Of a DNA stretch of 64,000 nucleotides, positions 1 through 12,257 are shown piece by piece. Numbering within the stretch: the first letter of the stretch is position 1; each line of letters opens with the position of its first letter. The stretch comes from Epiperipatus broadwayi (taxonomy: Eukaryota; Animalia; Onychophora): NCBI GenBank assembly GCA_028023455.1, contig JAQFVV010000002.1, positions 9,176,001 through 9,240,000 on the forward strand. The letters are read 5' to 3'. The notes below the pieces were generated by a model. The model did no database searches, had not been told where the DNA came from, and saw nothing but the letters and a program-made list of their open reading frames with translations. The translations under genes were made by a program, and so were the position numbers.

Positions 1-2
1 GC

Positions 3-2024
3 CAAAGAGCCATAAAAAAATTTTAATGTAGTATTGCAAGGCCATAAATGATTCGAAATAAACTCCAAATGCTTATGTTTGGGAATTGAAACAAAAAAAC
101 TACTAATATTAGAATTAAACATATTAATCTTAATACATATGACTTTAACCTGAAGTTTGTCTTCCAAAAATCTCTGTACATCAGAAGAATTAGCATCTAC
201 TGGCAAATTTGAAACCAAATATTTATAATATTTATCATTATCCTTAATTAATAATGAACCGTTACTATTATTAGGACTTCTATAAGAAATTGGATCTTTA
301 AACCTAAGTTTTTCACTATCTTTAGAAATATCCTGTCCAAAATTAGAAGAATAATTATTAAATTTTTTATTAAAAAATTTATTTGAATTTAGTCTAAAAT
401 TATGGGGTAAACTATCCTGTTTGCCAAGCTGCCTAACTGATAATTTTCTATTAGAAAATTGCTGAAAAGGAGAAGAGGTATTAGAAGAATATATTGATGA
501 AACAGAACTGGAAGGCCACCATTTATAAGATACATTAGAATTATTAGGACCTCTATAAGAAATTGGACCTTTAAGCCCAAGTTCTTCATTCTCTTTAGAA
601 ATATTCTGCCCAAAATCATTTTTTCTTTTAATGTGTTTCTTGAAAAGTAAATCATCCCTATGATTTATAGAAGAACCTAGATCTTTCACTCCAGTCTCAT
701 AACAAGTTTTATCTTTCTCAACAAATGATTGAGACTCTGAACCAGTATTATTGTGTACAACATTTTTTATATTATTGTAACTCTTGCTAGCATATAAACT
801 AATATTATTACTAGTATCATGCTTTTCATGATATTTATTATGAAAGTTTTTATTGTAAAATATTCTGGTTTTATGTGAACTCACTTTGGAAAAACAAGTT
901 GACCTGACAGAAGGTAGAGAGCATTGAATACCTTTGCTAAAATTAGAAGAACAATTCAATGATTTATTACAAAGTTGAGACATCTTAATAATTAGAGAAT
1001 GAATTTGTGACATAGAATAAGATTGTAAAACCTCTAAAGTAAAATGTTCGGGTTGCAAAATGATATCATTAAGACATTTATCCATGCAGTTTAAATCAAC
1101 AGAAAAAGACTCAAACATTCCTGTGGATGCAATAGTAGAATTAACACCTGTCTCCACAACATCTGATAATCTAGTATTAGATTTAGAAATATTATTTAAT
1201 TCACTAGAATCATGAGAATCTTCCCTAACAATCTGAACTGAAGTATTAGTAGAAGAAGACACTGATAATCCAGTATTAGATTTAGAAATATTATTTAATT
1301 CACTAGAATCATGAGAATCTTCCCTAACAATCTGAACTGAAGTATTATCAGAAGAAGACACTATTATCAAATCTGAATTTTCCTTAGTAATATGACCATC
1401 AGAGACCATAGGATTGACCAAGTTACACTCATTGTCTTCAGAATCTAAAGCCATGTTGTTATTGTCCAATGACTCTGTTGAGTCATTATCTATTACCAAT
1501 TCATCAAGAAGTTCATTATCAACATCTGGAAACTTCATATTTAAAGTTATATTATTACAAGCCTGACATTTAAAAAATCCATTACCAATTGTTTGAAAAA
1601 TAATAGCATCAGATTTAGACAGCTTAGTACAAGACAAATGAAAATACTCCTGACATTGACCAGAACACTTAATCCTCATGGCCATATCAGAAATAATCAA
1701 AGAACAACCATGACAAAAGGTAACATCTGGAATACCATCTTTATCAGGAATAAGCTGACCAGCTATAGCATTCACAGAAGAATGATCCGAATCAGAAATT
1801 GATGAATTTGAAAAAGATGATTGAGAAGAAAAGGCTGCATCATTATTAAGAGAAATCTTACAACAATCACACATAAAAACAGACCCACTACAATCTTTAT
1901 TATTAACAGAATTAAAACAGTCAAAGTGATATTTCAAACCACAAGGCCCAGAGCATTTCAAAGATTTTTGCCTTCCATAAATAACAGATTGACAAATTGG
2001 ACAGGGAAAGGAATAGGGAGGCAT
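3..2024 (-). CDS. Intact ORF1 of a CR1/L2-group non-LTR retrotransposon (2 PHD fingers, Ser/Asn-rich linker, C-terminal RRM-like domain); 3' end lies beyond the window edge
   Basis: Manual translation from ATG at 2024 gives 674 codons with no stop down to position 3 (absent from the ORF track because no stop is in the window). PHD1: CPIC..KCSGPCGLKYHFDC..MCDCC (2003-1860). PHD2: CHGC..KCSGQCQEYFHLSC..KCQAC (1715-1557). C-terminal YLVSNLPVDANSSDVQRFLEDKL..VICIKI..SSFFVSIP..ISNHLWPCNTTLKFF resembles the RRM-like end of CR1/Jockey ORF1 proteins. Confidence 0.88.
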   Translation of the reverse strand, partial: MPPYSFPCPICQSVIYGRQKSLKCSGPCGLKYHFDCFNSVNNKDCSGSVFMCDCCKISLNNDAAFSSQSSFSNSSISDSDHSSVNAIAGQLIPDKDGIPDVTFCHGCSLIISDMAMRIKCSGQCQEYFHLSCTKLSKSDAIIFQTIGNGFFKCQACNNITLNMKFPDVDNELLDELVIDNDSTESLDNNNMALDSEDNECNLVNPMVSDGHITKENSDLIIVSSSDNTSVQIVREDSHDSSELNNISKSNTGLSVSSSTNTSVQIVREDSHDSSELNNISKSNTRLSDVVETGVNSTIASTGMFESFSVDLNCMDKCLNDIILQPEHFTLEVLQSYSMSQIHSLIIKMSQLCNKSLNCSSNFSKGIQCSLPSVRSTCFSKVSSHKTRIFYNKNFHNKYHEKHDTSNNISLYASKSYNNIKNVVHNNTGSESQSFVEKDKTCYETGVKDLGSSINHRDDLLFKKHIKRKNDFGQNISKENEELGLKGPISYRGPNNSNVSYKWWPSSSVSSIYSSNTSSPFQQFSNRKLSVRQLGKQDSLPHNFRLNSNKFFNKKFNNYSSNFGQDISKDSEKLRFKDPISYRSPNNSNGSLLIKDNDKYYKYLVSNLPVDANSSDVQRFLEDKLQVKVICIKINMFNSNISSFFVSIPKHKHLEFISNHLWPCNTTLKFFYGSL
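1164..1361 (-). repeat. In-frame 99-bp (33-aa) tandem duplication inside ORF1
   Basis: VSSS(D/T)NTSVQIVREDSHDSSELNNISKSNT(G/R)LS occurs twice; forward copies start at 1164 and 1263. Confidence 0.95.
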
Positions 2025-2049
2025 GATAAAAACAAAAATATTAAGCAAA

Positions 2050-2450
2050 ATATATAAAACAATGATGACTCAAAAAAAAAAAAAAACTCAGAAGAAAAAA
2101 TGTTGATAATATCTGTACATTTATACCATCATGTTATTAAATATATTAAATTGTTAATTGATTTAGAGTTTAAATTCTTTTCTCTCTCTTAATATTCACA
2201 GTTTTCATTTTTCCTTTAAAAATCCAAATGAACACACACATATATAAGACAATGATGATAAAAAAAAAAAAACTCAGAAGAAAAAATGTTCAAGTATCTG
2301 TACATTTATACGATCATGTTATTAAATATATTAAATTGTTAACTTCTTTTCTCTTTCTTCATATCCACAGTTTTCGTTTTTCCTTTAAAAATCCAAATGA
2401 ACACACAGATATTAAAAAAACCATGTTAAAAAAAAAAAACTTGAGATAAC
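2050..2450. repeat. About 175-190-bp tandem monomers (2 plus a partial) in the LINE 5' leader
   Basis: acaatgatga..aaaaactcagaagaaaaaatgtt..atctgtacatttatac..aaatccaaatgaacacaca repeated at about 2059 and 2249, with a partial third copy near 2420. Confidence 0.85.
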
Positions 2451-2709
2451 TCATAAGTCCATTAAAAATAAAGTGAAATGTTATCATATGTAAATGTAAT
2501 ATAATTAAATCTTCATAGTAAATTTCTGTATAATCCTATACAAAAATCAATAAATCCTATGACACCAATAAACGATAAAAATAAAATAAAAGATATTTTC
2601 AGTCATATAAAGTGAATCCTCAAACAAGTTTCTAAAAATAAGGTAATATAAGGTTTAGTAATAAAATTCTCCAGACAGTTTTAAGTGCAGATCACTTACA
2701 AGAGAAGGA

Positions 2710-2710
<1 letters not shown>

Positions 2711-2800
<90 letters not shown>
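2711..2800 (+). repeat. (AAT)30 microsatellite
   Basis: Perfect 90-bp AAT run. Confidence 0.99.
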
Positions 2801-2807
<7 letters not shown>

Positions 2808-3835
2808 TTCAATTTATTCTATGAAATAAAACAAAGTACATCACAAATATTTAAAAACTCCAAACAAGAAAAATCTTGTGTGTGGAATTTACATGTAAAA
2901 ATAAATTAAATAAAAATACAATCAAAAACTCAAAAGAACAATTTAGGAAATAAATAAAATTAATTAAAGAAATAAAATAAATGCCAAAATTAATACATAC
3001 TACACAACCATTGACACAAATATTTTTTGAATGATATATAAGAAATATTATTCAGATCAATTGAACATTCATATACAAATTTATTAAACTACTTTGACCC
3101 AGAATAAACATATTGTCTTCTACTAGATTCCTTAAAAAATTTTGGTAAAGGTAATTGAAATTTATTAGAAAGACGAGTATTTAGAACATAAACTCTAGAA
3201 TTCAGAAAAGGTTTAGCACAAAAAATATCAAAAATAACTCTATATTGATATAAGTGATTTACATCAAATAAACCAAATGCAATATAAATATCTCGAACAG
3301 AAGAGGAACGAGATCTACCAAAAATAATGTGCAAAGTATAATTTTGCAAAACATGCAAAGAAGATAAAATATGTGGAGAAGCATTACCCCAAATAATGAT
3401 ATTGTAAGATAAAATACTCTGATAACAGGCAATGTAAATAAAAATGAGAGCAGACCTAGGAAGAAATTTAACTAAATAATAAAACATATAGTTTAAATTA
3501 CGTAACCGTTGACAAAGATAGGTAATGTGATATTCCCAAATAACAATAATTATCTACCACAAGTACATATACTATTATAATGCAAAATATACTTACAGCA
3601 AATTTTAATCTTAAGAGAAAAAAAAGTACGCTTGTAAGAAAAAAGAATAGCTTTTGTTTTATCTAAATTGACCAACAATGAATTATATGCCAACCATTTA
3701 CCAATTGAGTCCAAATCCTCATTCACTAATTTTTCAAGAAGATTATAAGAAACAGCATTGCAAGATAAAGCAATATCATCAGCAAAACCAAAAATCTTAG
3801 AATGTAACTTCAATGAAAATAAATCATTAATATAA

Positions 3836-3837
<2 letters not shown>
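2801..3837 (-). mobile_element. 5'-truncated CR1/L2-group (Crack/Daphne-like) LINE: RT C-terminal half and 3' UTR
   Basis: Minus-strand LLIYINDLFSLKLHSKIFGFADDIAL (RT motifs), then LPRSALIFIY..SILSYNIIIWG..LQN. The 3' UTR ends aataaattgaattttttt followed by (ATT)n. Confidence 0.88.

Positions 3838-3900
<63 letters not shown>
3838..3900 (+). repeat. (TAA)21 microsatellite
   Basis: Perfect 63-bp run abutting the 5' truncation point of the LINE fragment. Confidence 0.99.
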
Positions 3901-3902
<2 letters not shown>

Positions 3903-4439
3903 CGCTCCATCAACCTTTATAAAATAATAGCAATTACCTATTTATATCACTGCTAGTACATCACATCCTTTTGCATCATTATAATATATAAATGACAATC
4001 TCAATGGTTTGTGCAGTTGTAGAGTGGCTTAAGGTAGGGTTGAGTGATACAATACTTTTATTACTTAATATGATGTAATATTTTGTGAACTTCCAAGCAA
4101 TAAAGTTTATTTACTATTCTTCAAACAATTGCATAATGTGAAATGGACAAAGCATCCATATAATCAGAAAACCTAGTGCTGGATTAACGAAATACTAGAG
4201 TAAAAATATCAAAAATCATTCAACTATTAGCAATATGTTGACTTTTACAAATTTTGCAGATTTTGTTAGGTCCTATAAAAATTGTAAAAAAAAACATAAA
4301 ATGCTAATAATTTGCAAACAATTGTTTGCCATGAAAAACCTTTATTTTTTCAATTTAGTTACAAATAAATCATGATTGATTGTATTGCCTCTTACATAAT
4401 CTGCCCTAAAATTTCTCACATCAAGTCTACATTTATGGA

Positions 4440-6010
4440 TTTTGCTTACCTGTACATATATGATATTTTAATAAAAATAAATATTGTCAGAATTAATATT
4501 TGTGTGCATGAGTTTTAAAGATGGAAATGTTGTCCACAAACATTTTAAGCCCTTGGGCAATTCACTCCATCTTAACAAATCTGCTTTAATTACATCTAAC
4601 TTTAGTATATATATACTATAATTGAATTTAAATAATAATAATAGTAATAAAAACACAAACTTTTGATTTAAAATCCAATAACTTTATTTGTATAAACTTT
4701 ATATACATAATATTAAAAAATATCAATACATCTTATGTTTTTTACAACAATAAATTAAACATTTTAAAACAATATTTATATGCATTATTTTAGTGAATTC
4801 TAACATAGAATTGTACATTTTCAGGCTGTTTTTTTATAAAGGGAAGAATTCCCTGGTATGCAGAAAATAAGACCATTTCATTTTGCATGTTATTTGAAAA
4901 TTAGCTTCTATTAGCCCAGCCACTACAACTTTTTGTTCTTTAGTAGATAAAGCTGTATGAAAAACTGACCATTTTAAGAAATCTATGGCTTTTTGTGGAT
5001 GAAAAAACACATCAGTTCCAAGATGATTTATCATGTTTGTATAAATGTCCCAAATACCAGTTTTCGTTTTATATTTCTTCATAATTTTTAGAGTTTTTTG
5101 ATATAGTGGAGTGTCAATGATAAGAAGTTCAAATCATACTGCCATGGTTTTATCACGAACTCTGTCAGGCACCATTGCAACCTTAGTAGCACAATAAAAA
5201 GTATATAATAATCAATATTTCTAATATCTTTGTCTAAAAAGAAACAATTCAAAATTCCAAGCAGTCGAAAACATCTGTGATGTGTTCTCAGAATGGTGAA
5301 TTGTACATATTTACTGACAAAATCTATATACATCTCAATTCATTCCTGATTTGAAAGAGAAATTTTTAAAAAAAAAACATTATATCTTTATAAGTTTTCT
5401 CTTTCTCCTTTAAGACAAAGTTAAAAAAGGAAAAAAATAATAATTCATTGTTATCTCGTTCAATGTAATTATTGCATCAATAAATAAACACTTAATGTTT
5501 ACTTTGGGAAATAAAATGTATATATATAAATCTATTACAAAGATGATGTCCACTAGAACAAGAAATATTTAAGCACACACTATGCGAAGCTCCAAAGGGT
5601 GAATACAACAGTGCATCAATTGTCATTTAAAATAAGTATCGATCACAAATAGTCCTTTTTGTTTTTTAATAAAAATATAAAAAAATGATTGGTGACTGTT
5701 TTTTTCCACATACTGCCTGAAATTTAATCTTTGAATAAAATTAAGTATCATGTACTGACACAGGTTGTCTAGTGAACCAAAAATTTAAAAGTGCGAGCAA
5801 GTTAGAAAATTTGATAGTATGTTTCATATGTAAATACATGCTGGAACAACAAACTAACATTAAAAGTTGTTTTATATTGAGGACAATAGCTACTGAAACA
5901 TTTAGAATGAATGAAGGAAGATATAAGTTGCAGCAAGACTTTCGAATGATTTTACCGATTTTGTGATGGCAGTGAGAGCATCTACAAAAGTATGAAATAA
6001 ATTGAAACAT
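4440..6010 (-). pseudogene. Heavily decayed L1/Tx1-like ORF2 remnant
   Basis: IIRKSCCNLYLPSFILNVSVAIVLNIKQ resembles GIRQGCPLSPLLF..; downstream frameshifted coding-like stretches and a degraded C-x-x-C..H..C knuckle near 4760-4820. Confidence 0.4.
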
Positions 6011-6284
6011 ATATAATAAATCATAAGCAATACATACTGGAACTCTGAAACTAACTCAACATACTAGCATTTAGAAATTTAATTGAGGAATAGATGACTG
6101 TCATTATATAATATATCTCTTGATTTAGATAGGGTATTACTGGAAGCTAAGAGGTAGAAAGAATCACCTTTATTCTTTGAAAATTTTATTTTCATTCATA
6201 TATATATATAGTAATATATAAAATCTGATGTCACATGACATATATATAGCTTGTATTTACAAATATATAAAGCTAAGAGCGTGC

Positions 6285-7333
6285 GGTAGACACGTATTTA
6301 TCTTGCTATGATGTCATTACCCTGAAGGCGTACTACTCTAATCTTCTGATATTTAAGATAATGTCATCTAATGATTTGCAGACAGTTAATCACTAAAATT
6401 TGTCCGCATATCACATTGATATGTTATGTCAAAGATCGCAAGATTAGAATAGGACGCCCTCAGGGTAATACGTTATAGCAAGGTAAATTCAGCGAAGAAG
6501 CCATGTGGTAAATCCTAAAATTAGTAAGCTTTTTTTTTTTGGTTTCGCTTTTTTTTTTTAAATAACGTAAACAAATTTAAAACTTATTACGCTTTTTTTT
6601 TTTTGGTTTAACTTTTTTTTTTTTTTTTAAAAAAAAAAAACATCAACAAATTTAAAACTTATTACATTTTTTTTTTTTTTGGTTTTGCTTGAAATGGTAT
6701 TATTTAGCCATCACCCCGTTTCACCTACTATGTTCCATTGTAGTTAGTATCTTTTCCACCATTTCGAACCCTCACAGTCTATGTATATAATCAGAAAAAT
6801 TTATTTTGATATGTAATAGCGTATATTTACATGTATGTGTGGATATGTGCGCACATTTAATGTATTAATGTCTGTATGCGTATAATGTATATGCAGTTAT
6901 AAATTTAAAATTAATAAAATATAATTAAATTAAGTTGTGTGAACATTATTATATGTGTGTAACCATTTACTTATATATGCGAGAGAAGATGTAATGCAAT
7001 AGATTTAAAGAAGCATTACAACTCTTTTAAATTAATAATATAAATTTGAAATATTCTCAATTAAAAACTATTTAACTGCATTGGTATAAAAATTTCAATT
7101 CCTGGGATAGTCTCACACATGTATACAATAAAATGTTTACAAACTTAAACTCTTTTTAAAAAAAGTTATCTGTTTTTAGAACAAAAAATCAAATCTCGCG
7201 GGTAAAAAAATCAAATCTCTCTGATTAGTTATGTTGTTGCCATGACAACATTCATATAATCTTCCAACGACGCTTACTGGCAGAAACAATGTTGAGTGTA
7301 ATGATGTCATAGCAAGGTAAATACGTAACTACC
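6285..7333. mobile_element. Non-autonomous TIR-bounded structure with an internal inverted repeat, flanked by about 78-bp direct repeats
   Basis: Arm 6296-6350 is inverted at 6435-6488 (about 80% identical) and again at 7299-7333. Direct repeats gtcacatgac..atatatagcttgta.ttacaaatat.taaag.taagag at about 6205-6283 and 7365-7443. Confidence 0.55.
7236..7249. promoter_or_regulatory. RFX X-box-like motif GTTGCCATGACAAC
   Basis: One mismatch from the palindromic consensus GTTGCCATGGCAAC, in a CpG-retaining segment. Function not demonstrated. Confidence 0.4.
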
Positions 7334-7849
7334 GAGCATGCTAATAATCCCTAAGCAAGCTTTTTTATAGTAATATATAGTCAGGTGTCACATGACTTAA
7401 ATATATATAGCTTGTACTTACAAATATGTAAAGTTAAGAGTGTCTAAACAAGCTTTTTTTAAAAATTTCTTATAATAAATGCTACTACAAGAGAAAGCAT
7501 TCAAATCACCTTTGTCTATCTATCTGTATATATATATTCGTGTAACCAACGAAAATAAATGCAGTCTGATTGATCAAACACTCCTTCAGCAATCAATAAA
7601 ATAATCTGAGGTGTTACTATCCATGTATCATATCAAAAGTTTTGTTATAATCTTATCCCAAAATAAAATAAATCAATTTTACTCATGGCTGTTGATTTAA
7701 ACATCAACAGCATACATTTTAATAAAGTGATTTTTATAATATTGTACTGTAATATAATAATAATAAAATATATATGTGACATTTGAATTTCTGAAAATGT
7801 AGATGATATAAATAAAATTCCTAATTAAAACAATATTTATTGACACTAA

Positions 7850-9420
7850 TAAAGATGACATGAATAATAATCATTAAATATTTTAACAAAATCAGAAGTT
7901 ATAATTATCACAAATTTTAAATATTATTGTAAATTACAATTAGAAAAACTAATAAATAAATAATTCTAATGTGATTTACCTGAACACAGATACATGGTAA
8001 ATGCAATTAAAAATTATTTAAGTAATGGCAGTATATCCTTAAAAAATTATATGAAAAAATCTAATCTCTTTATTCCCAAAAAGGGTATGTTTGCAATCTA
8101 TTTGAACCCAATGATTAAAGAAATACAAAACAAAGTTCCAACTATATATCTACCACACTTAAACACTTGCATTCATTGATGACATGATAATTATATTCCA
8201 AGATATCTACAACATGCAAATAATTATAGACATACTCGAAAAGTTCCAAAAATAAACAGGATAAATAATACAACCATCTAAATCAGCTACATAGCAATTA
8301 GCAACTGGAAAAAGAATTCCCAGGGATTTCCAGGCAAATCCATCAATGTTCATAGGAATCCCTTTATACCAATCTAAAACAAAGATGAACAGATATCTAA
8401 AAAAGCTAATCTTTTACAAAATAGCTGAAAAAATAAATAATCTTTCACCCATAAAATTATATGAAGTGACTAGAACCAAAATATTTAATGGAATAGCCAC
8501 AGGAATATTAAGTTACTATGGCCTTTGGATAAACTTATGCAACAATACAATAAATGAAATAAACAGAATAGCAAAAAAGTTCATTTGTGGAAGGACAACA
8601 AAAATAATATCAATGGCAATGCTACAATTACCAATTAATAAAGGAGGACTCAATGTAATAGATCTAAAAAAATATGTGTCATTTATTAAAGCAAAAACCT
8701 AATAAATATAATAAAGAGTAAGACTTTCAACCCACCAGAATGCAACATAAAATTTTATAAAAAGATGGAACAAGAAACAGGATCCTTTGTGATCAATTTA
8801 CTTATAGCATATAAAGACTTACAAGACGAGCTAAATATATCTAATTTAGAAGGGCTAAAATACAGTGTCCTTAAAAAAAGTAACAATTATCAGGAAAAAT
8901 AATGGCTAAACATATCTGTAAGTAATGTTCTAAGAAACTTTCAATCAATCTATACACCCCAAAAATATATGAAAACCATCTATAAATTGATGAATGGAAT
9001 ACACCCCATGACAATGTTTTTAAATAAAAAAAAAACTATGTATGAATCTAGGATCAGGGTGTTCAACCTGCAAGGGCAGTGAAGAGACAATTGTACACCT
9101 GGTCAAAGAGTGTAGAACATTTAAACAAATAAGGATAAAAGTATTCAAAACTCCAATCATTAATCTAAAAAATATGATTAACAAAGACATCAAGAGATTT
9201 GATTCCCAAAATGCTATGGTACTTATCCACATAATTAGAACAATATGGGAAATAAGATGTTCACTAATATTTGACAATAAAAAATATAATTGTATAAAAA
9301 AACTCGATAAAGGATGGGATAAATACTTAGAACAATGCTTAAAATACTTACCAAGAAAATAAATTATCAAAATCTGGGGAGGAGCAGCACCTACAGCATG
9401 TGAAATTTGGGAATGGATAA
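7850..9420 (+). mobile_element. Decayed L1/Tx1-clade LINE ORF2 (RT C-terminus plus zinc knuckle)
   Basis: DDMIII RT motif, MLQLPINKGGLNVIDLKK motif, and CSTCKGSEETIVHLVKEC CCHC knuckle; multiple frameshifts. Confidence 0.85.
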
Positions 9421-11056
9421 TTTTATAAAAAGAAGATATGCATTAAACAAAGGTATAATAGCAATCAACCAAAGATAAAATTAAGACAGACCAATAAGAA
9501 ACAAAGTGAGACACCTACTTACCAATATCCACTTATTAAGATAAATATAAAGACATAAATATAAGGATATTTATTATATTAATGTAGTGTATAAATTATA
9601 AGTAATCAAAAACAAAAAGAGATTTTAAAAAATAACTAAAACCTTGTAAAGATAAATACTTAAAATAAAATTAAAAAAAGATTTACATAGAACTAAGAAA
9701 CTTTTATATCCATTATTTAACAATAAAATATTTATTTTAAACTACACTTTTGTAATATTCATATAAAATTGTTATGTCTTCAGAATTCCAGAATTATAAC
9801 TCAACAGCGTATTGATCTAAATTGCTGTTTATTCTTCCATTACAATTTAAAAATTAAATAAATTTCAATAGGCTTTATTGAGGTATGCAACTTTAAATAT
9901 TTAAATTATTTTTCAAACTACAAAAATATTATTCATTAAGTGGATAATCTCTAGTCTAATGAAGGACTAATAAAAATTATTGAAAACTAATTAGTTTATT
10001 TTTCCATTAAAAAAAGAAAAATTACAATCTTTTACTCAAAACAAATAATCAGATAATAATTTCAAGACAATTTCCTATTTATATAATGAATCATATTTTT
10101 AAAAAATATTTAAAATATAATAATTTAGATTTATTCCTTATATTTATACAAAAACATATTAATTCTCTCTCATTTATTTTAAAACAAATATATTATTAAA
10201 AAACCATCATAGAAATTGAATATATATAATTATAAATTAATTTTTAAGAGGATATTGATTCGTCTAAGATTATGACCAATGTGATTTCTTATCTGTTATA
10301 ATTTCCTCTCTTTTTACATTAAATACTAAGATAAAAAGAAAAATTAAGTAGATTTTATTTATCTAATAAAAAAAAAAGATAATAAAATATTTGCTTTTAA
10401 TATTTATCATGATTTGAAGAGCTGGAATTAATATGTCTAAATTACATAAATAAAGAATCAATAATAATTTTAATAAAAACATTTTTTAAATTGGTCAGTG
10501 ATTCAACTATTATATTCTTAATTGCATTTAATTATATCAAAATAAGAAACTAATTAGAGAATAATATTATAGTGAAAGGGATGATGACATAATGAAAATG
10601 TAAATCAAAGTAAAGAATAATTGGAATTAAAATGTTATTTAATAAAAATTATAAATTTAGTTTTCAAATGTTCTATTTGACGTTTAAAAATAAAAATTAA
10701 TGAAATATGTATATGCATGTACAAATTTAAAATGAAAAATCTCATACACAAAACATTCTCAACCACATTATATAAATAATATTTATTGATGATAGAATAA
10801 AGTAATTAAAAATTATATTTAATAAATTGGAAAATACAGTTACCATGTGCAAAGTTATTGTTATAAAGTAATTTTAAGCAATTTAACTAATATATTAAAA
10901 CAAAACTAAAATGATCACAAATTATATATTTGTAAAATATTGTTAAAATCTACACAAATTGTGTCTATATTTTTTAATAAGCAAAAATGTTTATAATTTA
11001 AAAATAATATTGAAAAATTATTATTAAAATAATAAAGTGCAAAACACTATTTAATT

Positions 11057-12257
11057 CATCATCATCATCCATTATCAATCCACTGAAAGATGAAGGTTTC
11101 TCCAAGTTCAATCCATCTCCAATCTTTAGCTGCTCTTCTCCACATCACCCCTGCACACTTTCTTATTTCATCCATCCATCTCACATGTGGTCTCTTTCTG
11201 GGTCTTTTACAGTCTTGGAATCCAGTTTAAGATTTCAATTGTTCATCTATTATTATCTCTTCTAGCAGTATGTCCATCCCAACTCCACTTCAGTCTTTTA
11301 ATTTTTTCAATGAGGTCAGTAACACCTGTTTGTTTTCTTACCCATATATTATGTTTTTGATCTCTTCTTGTTACTCCCAACATGCATCTCTTCATATTTC
11401 TTTGAGTGGTCTGAAGTCTCTGTATTGCTCTTCTATTAAGTGTCCAAGTCTTAGATCCATAGGTAAGAACTGGTAAAATACATTAAAAACCTTCCTTTTC
11501 AAACACATGGGCATATTTCCTTTTAGTATCAAGTTATTTCTATCAAAAGCACTCCAAACAAGTTTAATTCTATGATTAATTTCATCCATTATCTTTCCAC
11601 CTGTATTAATAATCTGACCAAGGTATTTGTAATTGTTAACTTCTTTTAACTCATCATAATCAATCTTTATTTTCATATTTTGAGAAAATCCATTAAACAT
11701 TACTTTAATCTTTTTAACATTTATCTTTAGTCCTACCTTTTTACTTTCATCTGATAACTCCTGCAACTCTAAAGCATTATTTGCAAAAACAACTACATCA
11801 TCTGCAAAATCTAAATGACTTAAATAATCTCCATTTACTTTCACTCCTTTAGCTTCCCATTTTAATCCACAAAATACTTCTTGCAGCACTGCTGTAAAAA
11901 GTTTTGGATATATGGAGTCACCCTGTCTTACACCCATTTTAATGTTGATTTTCCCAGTATCATTATGTAATCTAATTGTTGCTGTTGCATTTTTATAAAT
12001 ATTCTTTAAAATATGACAATATCCTGGATCTATACCTTGATGATTCAATGCTCTAATCACTAAAGAAATGTTTATAGAATCAAATGCCTTTTCATAATCT
12101 ACAAATCCAAAGCATAATGGCAACTCATATTCATTTGTCCTTTCTGTAACTTCTCTCAATACCTGGATATAACCTACTCTACTAAAACCACTTTTAAATC
12201 CAGCTTGTTGTCTTGGTTGATGGAAATCCAATGTTCTCTGTAGACAATTTGTAATTA
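11057..12257 (-). mobile_element. 5'-truncated RTE-clade LINE (RT) with (GAT)n 3' tail
   Basis: ORF 11392-12231: QAGFKSGFS, FVDYEKAFDSI, GVRQGDSIYPKLF, LDFADDVV, YKYLGQ. Minus-strand tail gatgatgatgat at about 11057-11070. Confidence 0.96.

Larger units (their letters stand above)
1..2710 (-). mobile_element. 5' part (5' UTR plus ORF1) of a young CR1/L2-group LINE
   Basis: Intact ORF1 preceded on the minus strand by about 690 bp of non-coding leader with tandem monomers, bounded by the (AAT)30 tract. ORF2 is expected beyond the window start. Confidence 0.7.

Noticed and set aside
389-2057. Short ORFs 389-655(-), 1593-1802(+) and 1821-2057(+)
   Set aside because: Shadow frames of the long minus-strand LINE ORF1.
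2685-2909. Poly-Ile ORF in the track
   Set aside because: Translation of the (AAT)30 microsatellite.
6745-6790. B-box-like GGTTCGAAAT on the minus strand (tRNA/SINE?)
   Set aside because: No A-box or cloverleaf.
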